Shown here piece by piece: positions 1 through 8,751 of a DNA stretch of 64,000 bases. Every line of letters starts with the position of its first letter. Position 1 is the first letter of the stretch. The stretch is from a virus, in the IMG/VR virus record IMGVR_UViG_3300037225_001188, positions 66,794-130,793 of that record. One strand, 5' to 3'. The notes under the pieces are model-generated. The model had not been told where the DNA came from, ran no database searches, and worked only from the letters and a program-made list of their open reading frames with translations. Made by a program: the position numbers and the translations under genes.

Positions 1-13
1 TACCAGGTTCTCC

Positions 14-643
14 CTAGCAAGTGCAGCCGTCCGGGATGTCGTTCTCCTGCTCGGGCTGGCCGTTGACGTGGGCGATCGGCTCGGAGTCCAGCTCCGTCTC
101 CGTCTCCAGCGTCCCGCTGCTGAGGGCCGTGAACGGGAACAGCTGGAAGGCGTCGTCGTAGTCCGGGTGCTCGAGCTGCAGCACGGTCTCCATGCAGTCG
201 GCCTGTGCCTCGGCGGTGCCGTAGCCAACGGGCGCCACATCCTGCGCCACGACCATCTCCGCCACCACCAGGTCCAGGGCGTCGGGCTGGCCGGCCAGCA
301 TCTCCATGACCGCCGGGAAGCAGGAGTACGCCGGGCGGTCGGAGCGGGGCGCGGTGGCCTCGATCGGCGCCAGCTCCACGGCCATGGTCCGCACGTTGCA
401 GCGGCCGCCGTAGCGGAGGCCGGTCTTGTGGTCGACCGCCGTGACCCACTGCTCGTCGTCGGGGACGCTGCCGGAGTGACCGCGCTTCTCCACGCCCAGC
501 ATGAAGCCGGACGCCAGCAGCACGACGCAGCGCTTGCTAGTGAACGTGCCGCCGAGGCGCGCGGTGGTGGAGTACAGGGCGCGCATGGCCTGGCGCTTCT
601 CCATGTCGCCGCCGGCCGGTACGAATCCTCCGTTGTCTGCCAT
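14..643 (-). CDS. hypothetical phage protein (~209 aa, MADNGGF...)
   Basis: ORF 14..721(-); ATG at 643 preceded by AGGAG; GC3-rich codons. Confidence 0.65.
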   Translation of the reverse strand: MADNGGFVPAGGDMEKRQAMRALYSTTARLGGTFTSKRCVVLLASGFMLGVEKRGHSGSVPDDEQWVTAVDHKTGLRYGGRCNVRTMAVELAPIEATAPRSDRPAYSCFPAVMEMLAGQPDALDLVVAEMVVAQDVAPVGYGTAEAQADCMETVLQLEHPDYDDAFQLFPFTALSSGTLETETELDSEPIAHVNGQPEQENDIPDGCTC

Positions 644-697
644 GGTCTTGCTCCTGGTATCTCCCGAGCCTCGCCCGGGTGGTTGGTGCTGCGTTAG

Positions 698-756
698 TGC
701 CTGCCGGTGGAGTCGAACCACCGAGCCGCTGTGCTAGCCGGCCGTCCCACGTAGGC
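698..756 (-). other. tRNA-like mini-element (T-arm plus imperfect acceptor stem, no D-arm)
   Basis: minus strand GCCTACG...GGTGG-TTCGACT-CCACC-GGCAGGC-A; perfect 5-bp T-stem and TTCGA loop; acceptor stem only 5/7 paired. Confidence 0.35.
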
Positions 757-805
757 TCCCTTCTCAGGCTCCCTTCTTCGATCTCCCGGGTATCGCGCCC
801 AGGAT

Positions 806-1153
806 CTACGCCGCCCGCGCCAGGCGCACCGTGCAGAGCGCCTTGGCCGTCTCTCGGCTGGGCCGGTGGCCGATGCACTTGCGGGTACGGCCGTTGCTCC
901 AGTAGCAGGCCCAGTCGGTGCCGGAGAACTCCACCGCCCACGCCAGGTGGCCGGAGCTGGCGCTGGAGACGTTGAGGTGGTCGGTCCAGGCCAGAGCGGC
1001 GGCGGCGTCCAGCCTGCTGGCGTGCTGCATGGTCTCTGCCTGCTTCACCGCGTACCCGGCCTGGAAGCCGGAGACGTACTCGGGGTCGGTCCTACACATC
1101 CCGCGCCCGGTCTCCCGGGCGGTGTAGCCATGCTGGTAGCCGAGCTTGTACAT
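806..1153 (-). CDS. hypothetical phage protein
   Basis: ORF 806..1168(-); ATG 1153 with GAGG upstream; GYxxGY...YxxGF pattern common in small phage proteins. Confidence 0.55.
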   Translation of the reverse strand: MYKLGYQHGYTARETGRGMCRTDPEYVSGFQAGYAVKQAETMQHASRLDAAAALAWTDHLNVSSASSGHLAWAVEFSGTDWACYWSNGRTRKCIGHRPSRETAKALCTVRLARAA

Positions 1154-1253
1154 GGGAGAGCCTCGCAAATAGGTTGGCGGTTATAAACCGGTGGCACGTC
1201 CACCCTGGATTGCTAGGGCATAAAGTACAGGGGTAGTACGGTATATCTCAGGA

Positions 1254-1429
1254 CACACTACTCCCTTGGGGGGTGGCCCTGCTAGGTACATGGTACTAGG
1301 TACATGGTACTACGGCCTATATGTAGGCACACTACTCCCTACATGGTAGGCTAGTCTCTGGCCCGTCTGCTCTGCAAGGTTGACGGTGCCGTCTCTACAC
1401 GCGCGGGAGTACTCTAGGGGAGTACTCTA
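1254..1429. repeat. short direct repeats in non-coding DNA
   Basis: CTAGGTACATGGTA x2 tandem (~1282-1309); CACACTACTCCCT at ~1254 and ~1328; GGAGTACTCTA x2 (~1406-1429). Confidence 0.7.
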
Positions 1430-2054
1430 CCGCGCCAGCTTGAATCGCGCGTCATCAAACCGCGCGAAGTGCGCGCGATTGCTCATTTGGTGCCGCACTC
1501 GCCTTTGAGGCTAGCCCCTGACTGGTGAATCCCAGTCTAAGCGTGCGGCAGACACCTTAGCCTCGCGTTGTGTGACCCTCTGCTAGCGCACAACCATGCC
1601 TAGCTATCTCCAGCCTACATGGGGTAGCTACACTCCCACAAAGCCTGCTAGACTCGCTGCACGCGGCACGTTCGAGTCACCCAACGTTCGCTCAAGTGTC
1701 TTACCACGGTATCGCCTAGCTACCCGTGGCCCCTTCCCTCACTCGCCCGGTACGCTACCTCTGGGAGTGTTCTCGCCTCGAAAGGCTCGACTCCGACGAT
1801 AGACCGGTTAAGGGGAAGGTGGCGATTCAATTGTCATAGAACGTCGGTTTGCGATGCTCCGAAGCTACGCTGCTAGCGTGCCACATCGTACCCTCACACT
1901 AAGACGCCTCGACCATGTGCTACAGGCTATCTCCTGGCTTATACTCCAGGGTGCTCAGGTATCGGCTGTCACTAGCCCGACTCCTCCGGTATGTCGCTGC
2001 CTCTGTCCCTTCCACGCGCTTATCGCTTGTGGACCTGAGGCACCGTTTACCTAG

Positions 2055-2312
2055 CTAGGTGGTGGTTTCCTTTCCCCACGTGCGATAAGCGCCAGTGGTA
2101 GTCGCGTATGCTCTACCGCGTACGAATGCTGCGCGGTATGTCGCGTTTTTCACGCTACCGGGGGCCATGTGGCGCCCATGGTAACCGTCGAGATAGCCTT
2201 GCTCAGCCGCGCGATATCCTGGCATGTAGGGGCCAGAATCGTCGGGGCGGCGGATGAGCTGCGCTTGATGCTTAGCTCGCATCCTCTTCTGCACCATGAC
2301 TGGATTGGCCAT
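2055..2312 (-). CDS. hypothetical phage protein (85 aa)
   Basis: ATG with GGAG upstream; GYxDGY...Y...F..G pattern like 806..1153. Confidence 0.55.
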   Translation of the reverse strand: MANPVMVQKRMRAKHQAQLIRRPDDSGPYMPGYRAAEQGYLDGYHGRHMAPGSVKNATYRAAFVRGRAYATTTGAYRTWGKETTT

Positions 2313-3034
2313 GGTTTACGCTCCGAATCTACGGCTAGCCGTGCGCACTATGCGACGGCTTGAGTAACTACCGTGTAACCCGTGGTTAACGTCTAGCGGG
2401 CTGGCATTGCCGCGTGCTGCGTGGGCGTAGTCTGCAAGCCAATGCCGCGTGACCTTACGGCCCGTCCGGCACTTCCCACCGAGCAAGGCGCCAGCTACTA
2501 GCGCGATGATGACGAGGAGTGCCATGCTAGGTGTCCCCAAGGATACGCGCAACGGCATCGGCAACCGTGGGTGCCCACACCGCGTGACCAGCGTGGTAGG
2601 CTTCCACGATACCGGAGTCGAGGCGCATAAAGGTCCAATCTTCCGCAGTATCGGCAGCGAGCTTGGACGCTATGGCGTGGCGCGCGGAAGCCAGGGGGCT
2701 TTGCTCTGCCGTGTGTGCCGTCGCGTTAACCATGCCAGGGAAGCATTGCAACGTCAGGGCCAGGAAAGTGTGACTGCGATATCATGAGCTTGCGCGGTTT
2801 AGGTGAGGTCCAGACTCCCACCATTGACGGCCGGCGCGAGAGTGAGGCGCGAGAGATATTAAGGCGTTGCGCGATCTACATTGGAAGCATGGGGATAAAT
2901 CCCCATAGGCAAGGCATTGGGACGACTGCGGTTTGCGGAGCGATAGGAACCATCGCAGGGAAGGGTGGGGGAGAAGACCCCACCTATAGTCATTTCCGCC
3001 ATACGTTGCAATACGTTCTGATATGTAAAGCCTA

Positions 3035-3124
3035 CCTACATGTACCCCTTTACATATGGTGTCTTGAGCCCCCAATTGACACGCGCATTGTACACCATAC
3101 CTACATGTACCCCTTTACATATGG
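3035..3124. repeat. 25-bp direct repeat pair
   Basis: CCTACATGTACCCCTTTACATATGG at 3035-3059 and 3100-3124. Confidence 0.85.
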
Positions 3125-3405
3125 GGGCGCCAGCCCCCATCTACTAACCGATGGTCATGTGACCTGTGCCTGTTAACCGTCGGTCGTATCCTATCGACCG
3201 GAGTGATACGGGTGCAACGTCGTGATATTACTAGCGTGCGCTCATGTACTCCCTACTGTATGCCGTGCTACCGTACCCTTACAGACGCTCCGTCCTACCA
3301 GCTGGGGCCTAGAGGCTACTTGATCATGCTCGCGCGCACAGAATAGTTTTCAAACTACGTTCCAAGTTTCACGCCTCCTTCAAATCTTCCCTCGTACGCT
3401 TCAGC

Positions 3406-3885
3406 ATGAAGAACCTCAAGCACTACCAGCGAGCCTATGATTCTAGGCGCCGTCCTAACCGCTCTCCGGATGCATTGCTCTCCGACGTCCTAGACAAGGT
3501 TGCCACCGCCCACACCATCCTCGAGCCCGACTTCACCCCAGGCAAGGATGCTGTTGCCGCCACCCTGCTCGAGCTGGTCTACGCCTTCGAGCGCCTCGAC
3601 TCCTGGTTCTCGCACGGAGGGTCTAAGCCGCGGCTCTGGGCCAGGAAGAAGCTGCAGCATACCTCTCCCGTTTCTCCTGACGAGGTAGAGGTCGTGGTCT
3701 CCAGGCGCGGTCTTCCATGTCCCCTCAGCGGCGTCGAGGTCACTCTCACTGGAGAGTCCCAGGAGTTCGCGTGCCCGTGTGGGGCGATGTTTCAGGTCAC
3801 CGGGTTGAGGACGCTCTTGATCGGTGTGCACCTGGCACAGCTGTCGTGGTGGTTCAGGACGTACGGCGACTTCATCAGGCCTTAA
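3406..3885 (+). CDS. hypothetical protein
   Basis: 159-aa ORF with ATG; first rightward gene after the non-coding zone. Confidence 0.5.
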   Translation: MKNLKHYQRAYDSRRRPNRSPDALLSDVLDKVATAHTILEPDFTPGKDAVAATLLELVYAFERLDSWFSHGGSKPRLWARKKLQHTSPVSPDEVEVVVSRRGLPCPLSGVEVTLTGESQEFACPCGAMFQVTGLRTLLIGVHLAQLSWWFRTYGDFIRP

Positions 3886-4088
3886 CCACAGCCTTCCTCT
3901 CCAGGTTCTCGCGCCTCGCGCAAAACCCATCTCGTACAGCTTCTTACCGCCGCAGGCCTTTCACCTATGAGGCCTGCTTCACCAGGCGGTGAGGGGACTC
4001 TTGAGTGGCGATAACCATGCGCGGCGCCCGCGACTTCGTGCTCTGCGCTGCTGGCTGGGATGGCTTGGCACTTGATTAGGAGGAAGGC

Positions 4089-4712
4089 GTGAAAGTTCGC
4101 GAGCTGGTAGAGAAGCTGCAAGCCCTGCCGCAGGACCTCGACGCGTACGTTCAGGAGGGCGACTCGCCTAGCTACGCCTACCGGGCGGTCGAGTCCGCGG
4201 TGCGGCCGGCGGTGATCTCCGATGACGGGCGGCTGGCTGCGCTCCTCGCGGGTCGTCGTGAGGGGACCGTGCTCGACGGGGGTCTGAACTTCCGCGACGC
4301 CATGTCCGATGCCCTCCAGCGTGAACAGCTTCAGCGAGCGGTTCAGGGTCTTCACGATCACCGGCGTCGGGGGTCGACCGCGCCCGTCCCTGACGGCCTT
4401 GGCGACCTCGCCCTTGACCAGGCTGCGCAGCTCGCGGACCGACAGCTCCTTGCTGAGCGACACCATCGAGGACAGCTTCAAGGAGAGCGTTTGCCGGCCA
4501 CGTCTGCGAAGACGACGAGCGCTTCGCGGTCGGAGACCGTGTCTCCGTCGGGACCTCAGACGAGGCGGCGCCTAACGCCACCGTGCAGAGCCCGCCGTTC
4601 ACGGAGCGCGGCAAGCTCCGCATCTTGTTCGACGGCAGCTCGGTCACCTACGACATCCCGCGCTCGCTCTGCAAGAAGATCTGAAAATCCTCTCTCGTAC
4701 ACTTCCTCATGA
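4089..4712 (+). pseudogene. scrambled/mosaic small phage gene(s)
   Basis: N-terminus MKVRELVEKLQALPQD with AGGAGG; 4310-4489 codes better on the minus strand; 4490-4684 codes in another plus frame with no start. Confidence 0.4.
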
Positions 4713-5488
4713 AGCCTGATCGACCCCGCCTCTACCGCGGCCGCCCCGTCCGGCCGAAGGCTGCGGCCGACCGGCCCGGCCGCACGGGCAACCCGCTCGT
4801 CGCCGTCGGGTACATCCGCGTCTCGAAGGATGAGCAGGACCTCTCCCCCGAGGCCCAGCTCGAGGCGATGGAGGGATGGTGCCGCGGCCGAGGCGTCGTC
4901 CTCGCCTCGTGGCACGAGGACCGCCTCTGCAGCGTCACCGCGGTGGACCAGCGCCCCGGGCTGATGGAGGCGCTCGAGCAGGTGCAGGCGCTCGGGGCCG
5001 GCGTGCTCCTCGTCGCCAAGCGCGACCGCCTCGCCCGCGACCCCATCATCACCGCGATGGTCGAGCGCCTGGTCGAGCGCGCCGGCGCCCGGGTGCAGTC
5101 CGCGGCTGGCGAGGGCACGGACGGCGACGGCCCGGTCGACCAGCTCATGCGGCGCATCGTCGACGCCTTCGCCGAGTACGAGCGGGCCCTCATCCGCCAA
5201 CGCACCAAGGCCGCGCTGGCCGTCAAGAGCCGCCGCGGGGAGCGCGTCGGGGGCGTCCCGTACGGGTGGCGGGTCGCCGCGGACGGGGTGCACCTGATTC
5301 CCGACGAGGTCGAGCAGCACATCATCAAGATGGCGAGCGAGCTGCGCGACCAGGGGCAGTCGCTCAACGAGGTCTCGGACTCGCTTGCTCGCTTGGACCT
5401 CGTCTCGCGCCGCGGGGTCCCGTTACAGAAGATGTCGATCAAGCGGATGGTGAGCGGGCGGAGGCTCGCCCAGGTGGACCTGACTTGA
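4709..5488 (+). CDS. serine recombinase (resolvase/invertase family with C-terminal extension)
   Basis: GYIRVSKDEQ (catalytic Ser), LLVAKRDRLARD, FAEYERALIRQRT, GGVPYGW. Confidence 0.92.
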   Translation: MKPDRPRLYRGRPVRPKAAADRPGRTGNPLVAVGYIRVSKDEQDLSPEAQLEAMEGWCRGRGVVLASWHEDRLCSVTAVDQRPGLMEALEQVQALGAGVLLVAKRDRLARDPIITAMVERLVERAGARVQSAAGEGTDGDGPVDQLMRRIVDAFAEYERALIRQRTKAALAVKSRRGERVGGVPYGWRVAADGVHLIPDEVEQHIIKMASELRDQGQSLNEVSDSLARLDLVSRRGVPLQKMSIKRMVSGRRLAQVDLT

Positions 5489-5655
5489 TCGTCTGTGACC
5501 ACTGCCGGCAGAGCGTGCTCGCCAGGCGCCGGGTCGTCTGCCCGCACTGCGACGCCGACCTGTGCGAGGGCTGCTACGACTCGCACCGCTGCCACGGGCG
5601 CGAGGACGCCTGCCGCTGCCGAGAGGAGAGTCATGCTCCAGACCGACCTGCTTGA
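5485..5655 (+). CDS. small Cys-rich (zinc-finger-like) protein
   Basis: TTG overlapping recombinase stop; CDHC...CPHC...CEGC..HRC. Confidence 0.4.
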   Translation: MIVCDHCRQSVLARRRVVCPHCDADLCEGCYDSHRCHGREDACRCREESHAPDRPA

Positions 5656-6901
5656 CCGCATCGCCGCAACCACTAAGAAGAACGAGAAGCTCGCGCTCCT
5701 GAAACAGGTCGAGGGGGAGACCCGCGAGCTGCTGCGTCTGGCGCTCGATCCGATGGTCACCTTCGGGCTCACCGTCGCCGAGTGCACGAAGCATGGCTGG
5801 AGCGGCGACCCGCAGGAGGTCCAGCATGAGCTGCTCCAGGAGGCGGAGTGGTGGCCGGTCCTGACCGACCTGGCCTCCAGGCTGGCGTCGCGCAGCTTGA
5901 CCGGCAACGAGGCGAAGGAGGCGGTCCACGTCGTTTGCCAGTCGGCGCCGAACGCCGCGGCCGCGTTGTGGGCGTCGCGGATGCTCAACAAGGATCTCCG
6001 CGCCGGGGTCGCCGGCGGCATCGTCCTCGACGCCATCCCCGACCTCTACGAGGAGTTCGAGGTCTGGTTGGCGAAGCCGTACGAAGACCAAGAGCTGCCA
6101 GAGACAGCAGTGCTTGAACGCAAGCTTGATGGGTTACGCATGGTAGTGATGGGAGGCAAAGCCTTCACGAGAAATGGGCACGTCATCTCATCAGTCGATC
6201 CGATAATCGAGCAACTACCAGATCAAGTTCGTAATAAATTCGTAACCGACGGTGAGATCGTTGGAGCCGAGTTCGATGATACTTCCGGTCAGGTGCGACA
6301 AAAGAAAGGACGAGCATCTGAATCGCTCGTGTACAATGTCTTTGATCTTATCTCCTTGCAAGAGTGGAAATCGCGAGACACAGCTATTCTTCTAGAGCGG
6401 AAAGAAATGATGACCGAGTTGCTCATCCCATATCAAACTGAGAATATCGGCGTTGTTCCGTGGGACATTGTCAAGAATATAACAATTGAAGTAGCTATCG
6501 CTAAACGCGATAATTACTTGAGCCTCGGGTACGAAGGCGTAATGATCAAGGACGCATCGAGTCAGTACGTGTGGGGGCGTAACAACTCGATGATGAAACT
6601 CAAGAAGATGGACAACCTCGATGGCATCGTCGTCGGCACATATGAAGGGAAGAAGGGTAAGACTAAAGGCAAGCTCGGAGGTCTGAGCGTAAGACATTCT
6701 GGCAAGATCAAAGGCGGTCTCGAAGTCGAAGCCGTGACCGATGTCGGTAGTGGATTCACTGACAAGCAACGTGTTGAATTGTGGGCAATGCGTGAGCAGC
6801 TTGTCGGTTGGTGTGTCGAGATTCAATTTCAGAACTTCACGTCAAAAGAAGGAAGAATGCGCTTCCCGGTCTATCTTGGAAGGCGTCCAGATAAAGAATG
6901 A
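5633..6901 (+). CDS. lig: ATP-dependent DNA ligase (phage type)
   Basis: motif I ERKLDGLR, III DGEI, IIIa YNVFD, IV EGVMIK, V KLK, OB-fold VGSGFTD, VI RFPVY..RPDK; ATG 5633 after GAGGAG. Confidence 0.95.
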   Translation: MLQTDLLDRIAATTKKNEKLALLKQVEGETRELLRLALDPMVTFGLTVAECTKHGWSGDPQEVQHELLQEAEWWPVLTDLASRLASRSLTGNEAKEAVHVVCQSAPNAAAALWASRMLNKDLRAGVAGGIVLDAIPDLYEEFEVWLAKPYEDQELPETAVLERKLDGLRMVVMGGKAFTRNGHVISSVDPIIEQLPDQVRNKFVTDGEIVGAEFDDTSGQVRQKKGRASESLVYNVFDLISLQEWKSRDTAILLERKEMMTELLIPYQTENIGVVPWDIVKNITIEVAIAKRDNYLSLGYEGVMIKDASSQYVWGRNNSMMKLKKMDNLDGIVVGTYEGKKGKTKGKLGGLSVRHSGKIKGGLEVEAVTDVGSGFTDKQRVELWAMREQLVGWCVEIQFQNFTSKEGRMRFPVYLGRRPDKE

Positions 6902-6981
6902 GACTTGGCTCGGCGGGGCTCGGTTAGGCGGGGCTTGGCGCTGCAAGGCAAGCTACGGCTCGGCGTTCCACGGCAAGGGAT
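6902..6981 (+). ncRNA. 5-nt periodic GGY-NN array; candidate guide-like ncRNA
   Basis: GACTT GGCTC GGCGG GGCTC GGTTA GGCGG GGCTT GGCGC TGCAA GGCAA GCTAC GGCTC GGCGT TCCAC GGCAA GGGAT; 11 of 14 units from 6907-6976 begin with GGY; intergenic, directly upstream of a Cas7-like gene. The periodicity is observed; the RNA role is inferred. Confidence 0.7.
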
Positions 6982-7015
6982 TCATTTAGTTAGTAGAACG
7001 CCAGAAAGATAATCA

Positions 7016-7591
7016 ATGCTGATCACGATAGAGATCAAGGGTCGCACTCCACTGTTGATGAACCGCTTCGGCGAGGTTCCTGAAGTCGCCACGACCAGCG
7101 GGCATGCTCCGGTTATGACGTCTTCGTCAGAGCGTGGCACTCCACGTACTCAGGCGGAGAAGGCCGCGTACCGCGACGCGAAGACCGGAGAGCTGTTCAT
7201 CCCAGGACCGAACGTCCTCTCGTGCCTTGTCGAGGCCGGGAAGTTCACGAAGGCTGGGAAGACGAAGCTCACGACCCAGAAGTCGACGCTCGTCACCGCC
7301 GGTTTGATGCTGAACGAGGTCGCGCTCCCGCTCCACGTCAGCGAGTTCGAGGTCGACTCGCGCGGGGTCGTCATCCCGGCTACCGGGGGGCGCGTCATTC
7401 GTCATCGTCCGCGGCTCGACGAGTGGAGTTTGACGTTCTCGCTAGACGTCGACGAGACGATGTTCTCCGAGTCGTTGGTCAGGACGCTCGTCGACGATGC
7501 CGGGAAGAAGATCGGGCTCGGAGACTATCGTCCATCTCGCAAGGGTCCGTTCGGCAGGTTCGACGTGGTAGGATGGAAGGTCGAGAAGTAA
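7016..7591 (+). CDS. solitary Cas7/RAMP-like protein (191 aa)
   Basis: RAMP-like first strand ITIEIKGRTPLLMN; LFIPGPNVLSCL matching the IP..S.KG helix of Cas7/Csm3; C-terminal Gly-rich loop IGLGDYRPSRKGPFGRFDV. Confidence 0.75.
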   Translation: MLITIEIKGRTPLLMNRFGEVPEVATTSGHAPVMTSSSERGTPRTQAEKAAYRDAKTGELFIPGPNVLSCLVEAGKFTKAGKTKLTTQKSTLVTAGLMLNEVALPLHVSEFEVDSRGVVIPATGGRVIRHRPRLDEWSLTFSLDVDETMFSESLVRTLVDDAGKKIGLGDYRPSRKGPFGRFDVVGWKVEK

Positions 7592-7592
7592 C

Positions 7593-7838
7593 ATGCCGCG
7601 AGGGCCGTACGAACACGACAGCCTGACCTTCGCCCCGGACCGGCAACTCGAGTGTCGGGGGTACGGCAAGTGCCTCGACGTCGCGCTCAGCAGCGGTTGG
7701 GTGTCGTGGTGTTGCACCGGGTGCACGAAGTTCGTCGAGCTGACGGCCGAGGAGAAGACCAGCGACATGATCGCCCTGCTCCACATCCTCGGGGAGCTGG
7801 AGTTCCCGCTCGGCATCAAGAAGAGGCACGACCCGTGA
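7593..7838 (+). CDS. small Cys-rich protein
   Basis: 81 aa; C..Y..C...W.CxxC; starts 1 nt after the Cas7-like stop. Confidence 0.6.
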   Translation: MPRGPYEHDSLTFAPDRQLECRGYGKCLDVALSSGWVSWCCTGCTKFVELTAEEKTSDMIALLHILGELEFPLGIKKRHDP

Positions 7839-8467
7839 GGCCGGATCGCTACGACGGCGACCCCGACCTCGACCGCCTTGAGCGCACCGTCGCCGGGCTC
7901 GACGGCGTCGTCGAGATGGCGGTCACGGCCGCTCGCGAGAAGATCGGTGAGCCGACGTGCGCCGGGTGCCGGAGCCCGGGGTGCTGCTACCAGCGCGTGT
8001 CGGTGACGCTGGCGGAGGCCCTGCCGATCGCGCGCCGGCTCATCAGCCGCGGGTTCGACTCCCCCGGGGTGCGGCGGCGGCTCGCCGGCGAGGGTGAGGA
8101 GATGTCGTCGCGCACGCCAGAGGAGTGGTGGGCGCTGTCGAGGCCGTGCTTCTTCCTCGGCGAGGGGCGGTGCTCTATCTACGACGTGCGCCCGGTGGCG
8201 TGCCGCGCTCGCTTCTCGTGGAGCGACCCGGAGTTGTGCCAGCCGCCGGCCGTCAGCGACGTCGTGACCGTCGACATGGTCGGCGCCGCCCGAGCCGTGG
8301 TGCAGCTCAACCTCGAGCTGTGCCGCGGCCTCGGCCTGAATGACGTCGTCACCTACGCCGGCGCCATGCCGCGGATGGTGGCGGTCGCGCTCGAGGCGCT
8401 CAGCAGAGACACCGCCGCTGCCGTCGAGTACCTATGGGGGCTGGAGTTTCCGATCGCGGGCCGCTGA
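7835..8467 (+). CDS. YkgJ/FliB-type Cys-cluster (Zn or Fe-S) protein
   Basis: CAGCRSPGCC ... PCFFL..GRCSIYDVRPVACR; GTGA overlap start. Confidence 0.8.
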   Translation: MRPDRYDGDPDLDRLERTVAGLDGVVEMAVTAAREKIGEPTCAGCRSPGCCYQRVSVTLAEALPIARRLISRGFDSPGVRRRLAGEGEEMSSRTPEEWWALSRPCFFLGEGRCSIYDVRPVACRARFSWSDPELCQPPAVSDVVTVDMVGAARAVVQLNLELCRGLGLNDVVTYAGAMPRMVAVALEALSRDTAAAVEYLWGLEFPIAGR

Positions 8468-8502
8468 GCCGTCAAGCAAAACCTCGCGACGTACACCTCG
8501 AC

Positions 8503-8751
8503 ATGAAGATCAACGACCCGCTCGAGGCAGTCCGCGAGATCGACGGCAAGGTCAAGGAGGCCCTCTCCGGCGTCGAGCCTACCGGCGAGGTCCGGTCGGC
8601 CGTCACCAAGTATCTGCTCGCGATGGCGGCGACCGTCGCGAGGTCCGCCGGGGCCAGCGTCAGCGACTACCTGGAGGAGGCTCGGCAGACGTGGGACGAG
8701 TCAGCCGCGCCGCAGCAAGCGCCGACTGCCGAGCCGGCGACCATCAACTGA
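8503..8751 (+). CDS. hypothetical protein
   Basis: ATG start, GC3 bias, coupled to next gene (TGATG). Confidence 0.55.
   Translation: MKINDPLEAVREIDGKVKEALSGVEPTGEVRSAVTKYLLAMAATVARSAGASVSDYLEEARQTWDESAAPQQAPTAEPATIN

Noticed and set aside
1665-1690. GTTCGAGTC as a tRNA T-loop
   Set aside because: Flanks do not form a T-stem or cloverleaf
4709-5488. Serine recombinase as the phage integrase with att site
   Set aside because: 259 aa is short for a large serine integrase and no att core or host junction is visible; lifestyle cannot be called
6741-6989. 82-aa ORF covering the pentamer tract (WLGGARLGGAWR...)
   Set aside because: Overlaps the ligase out of frame; the 5-nt period is a nucleotide-level pattern, so the peptide is likely a by-product
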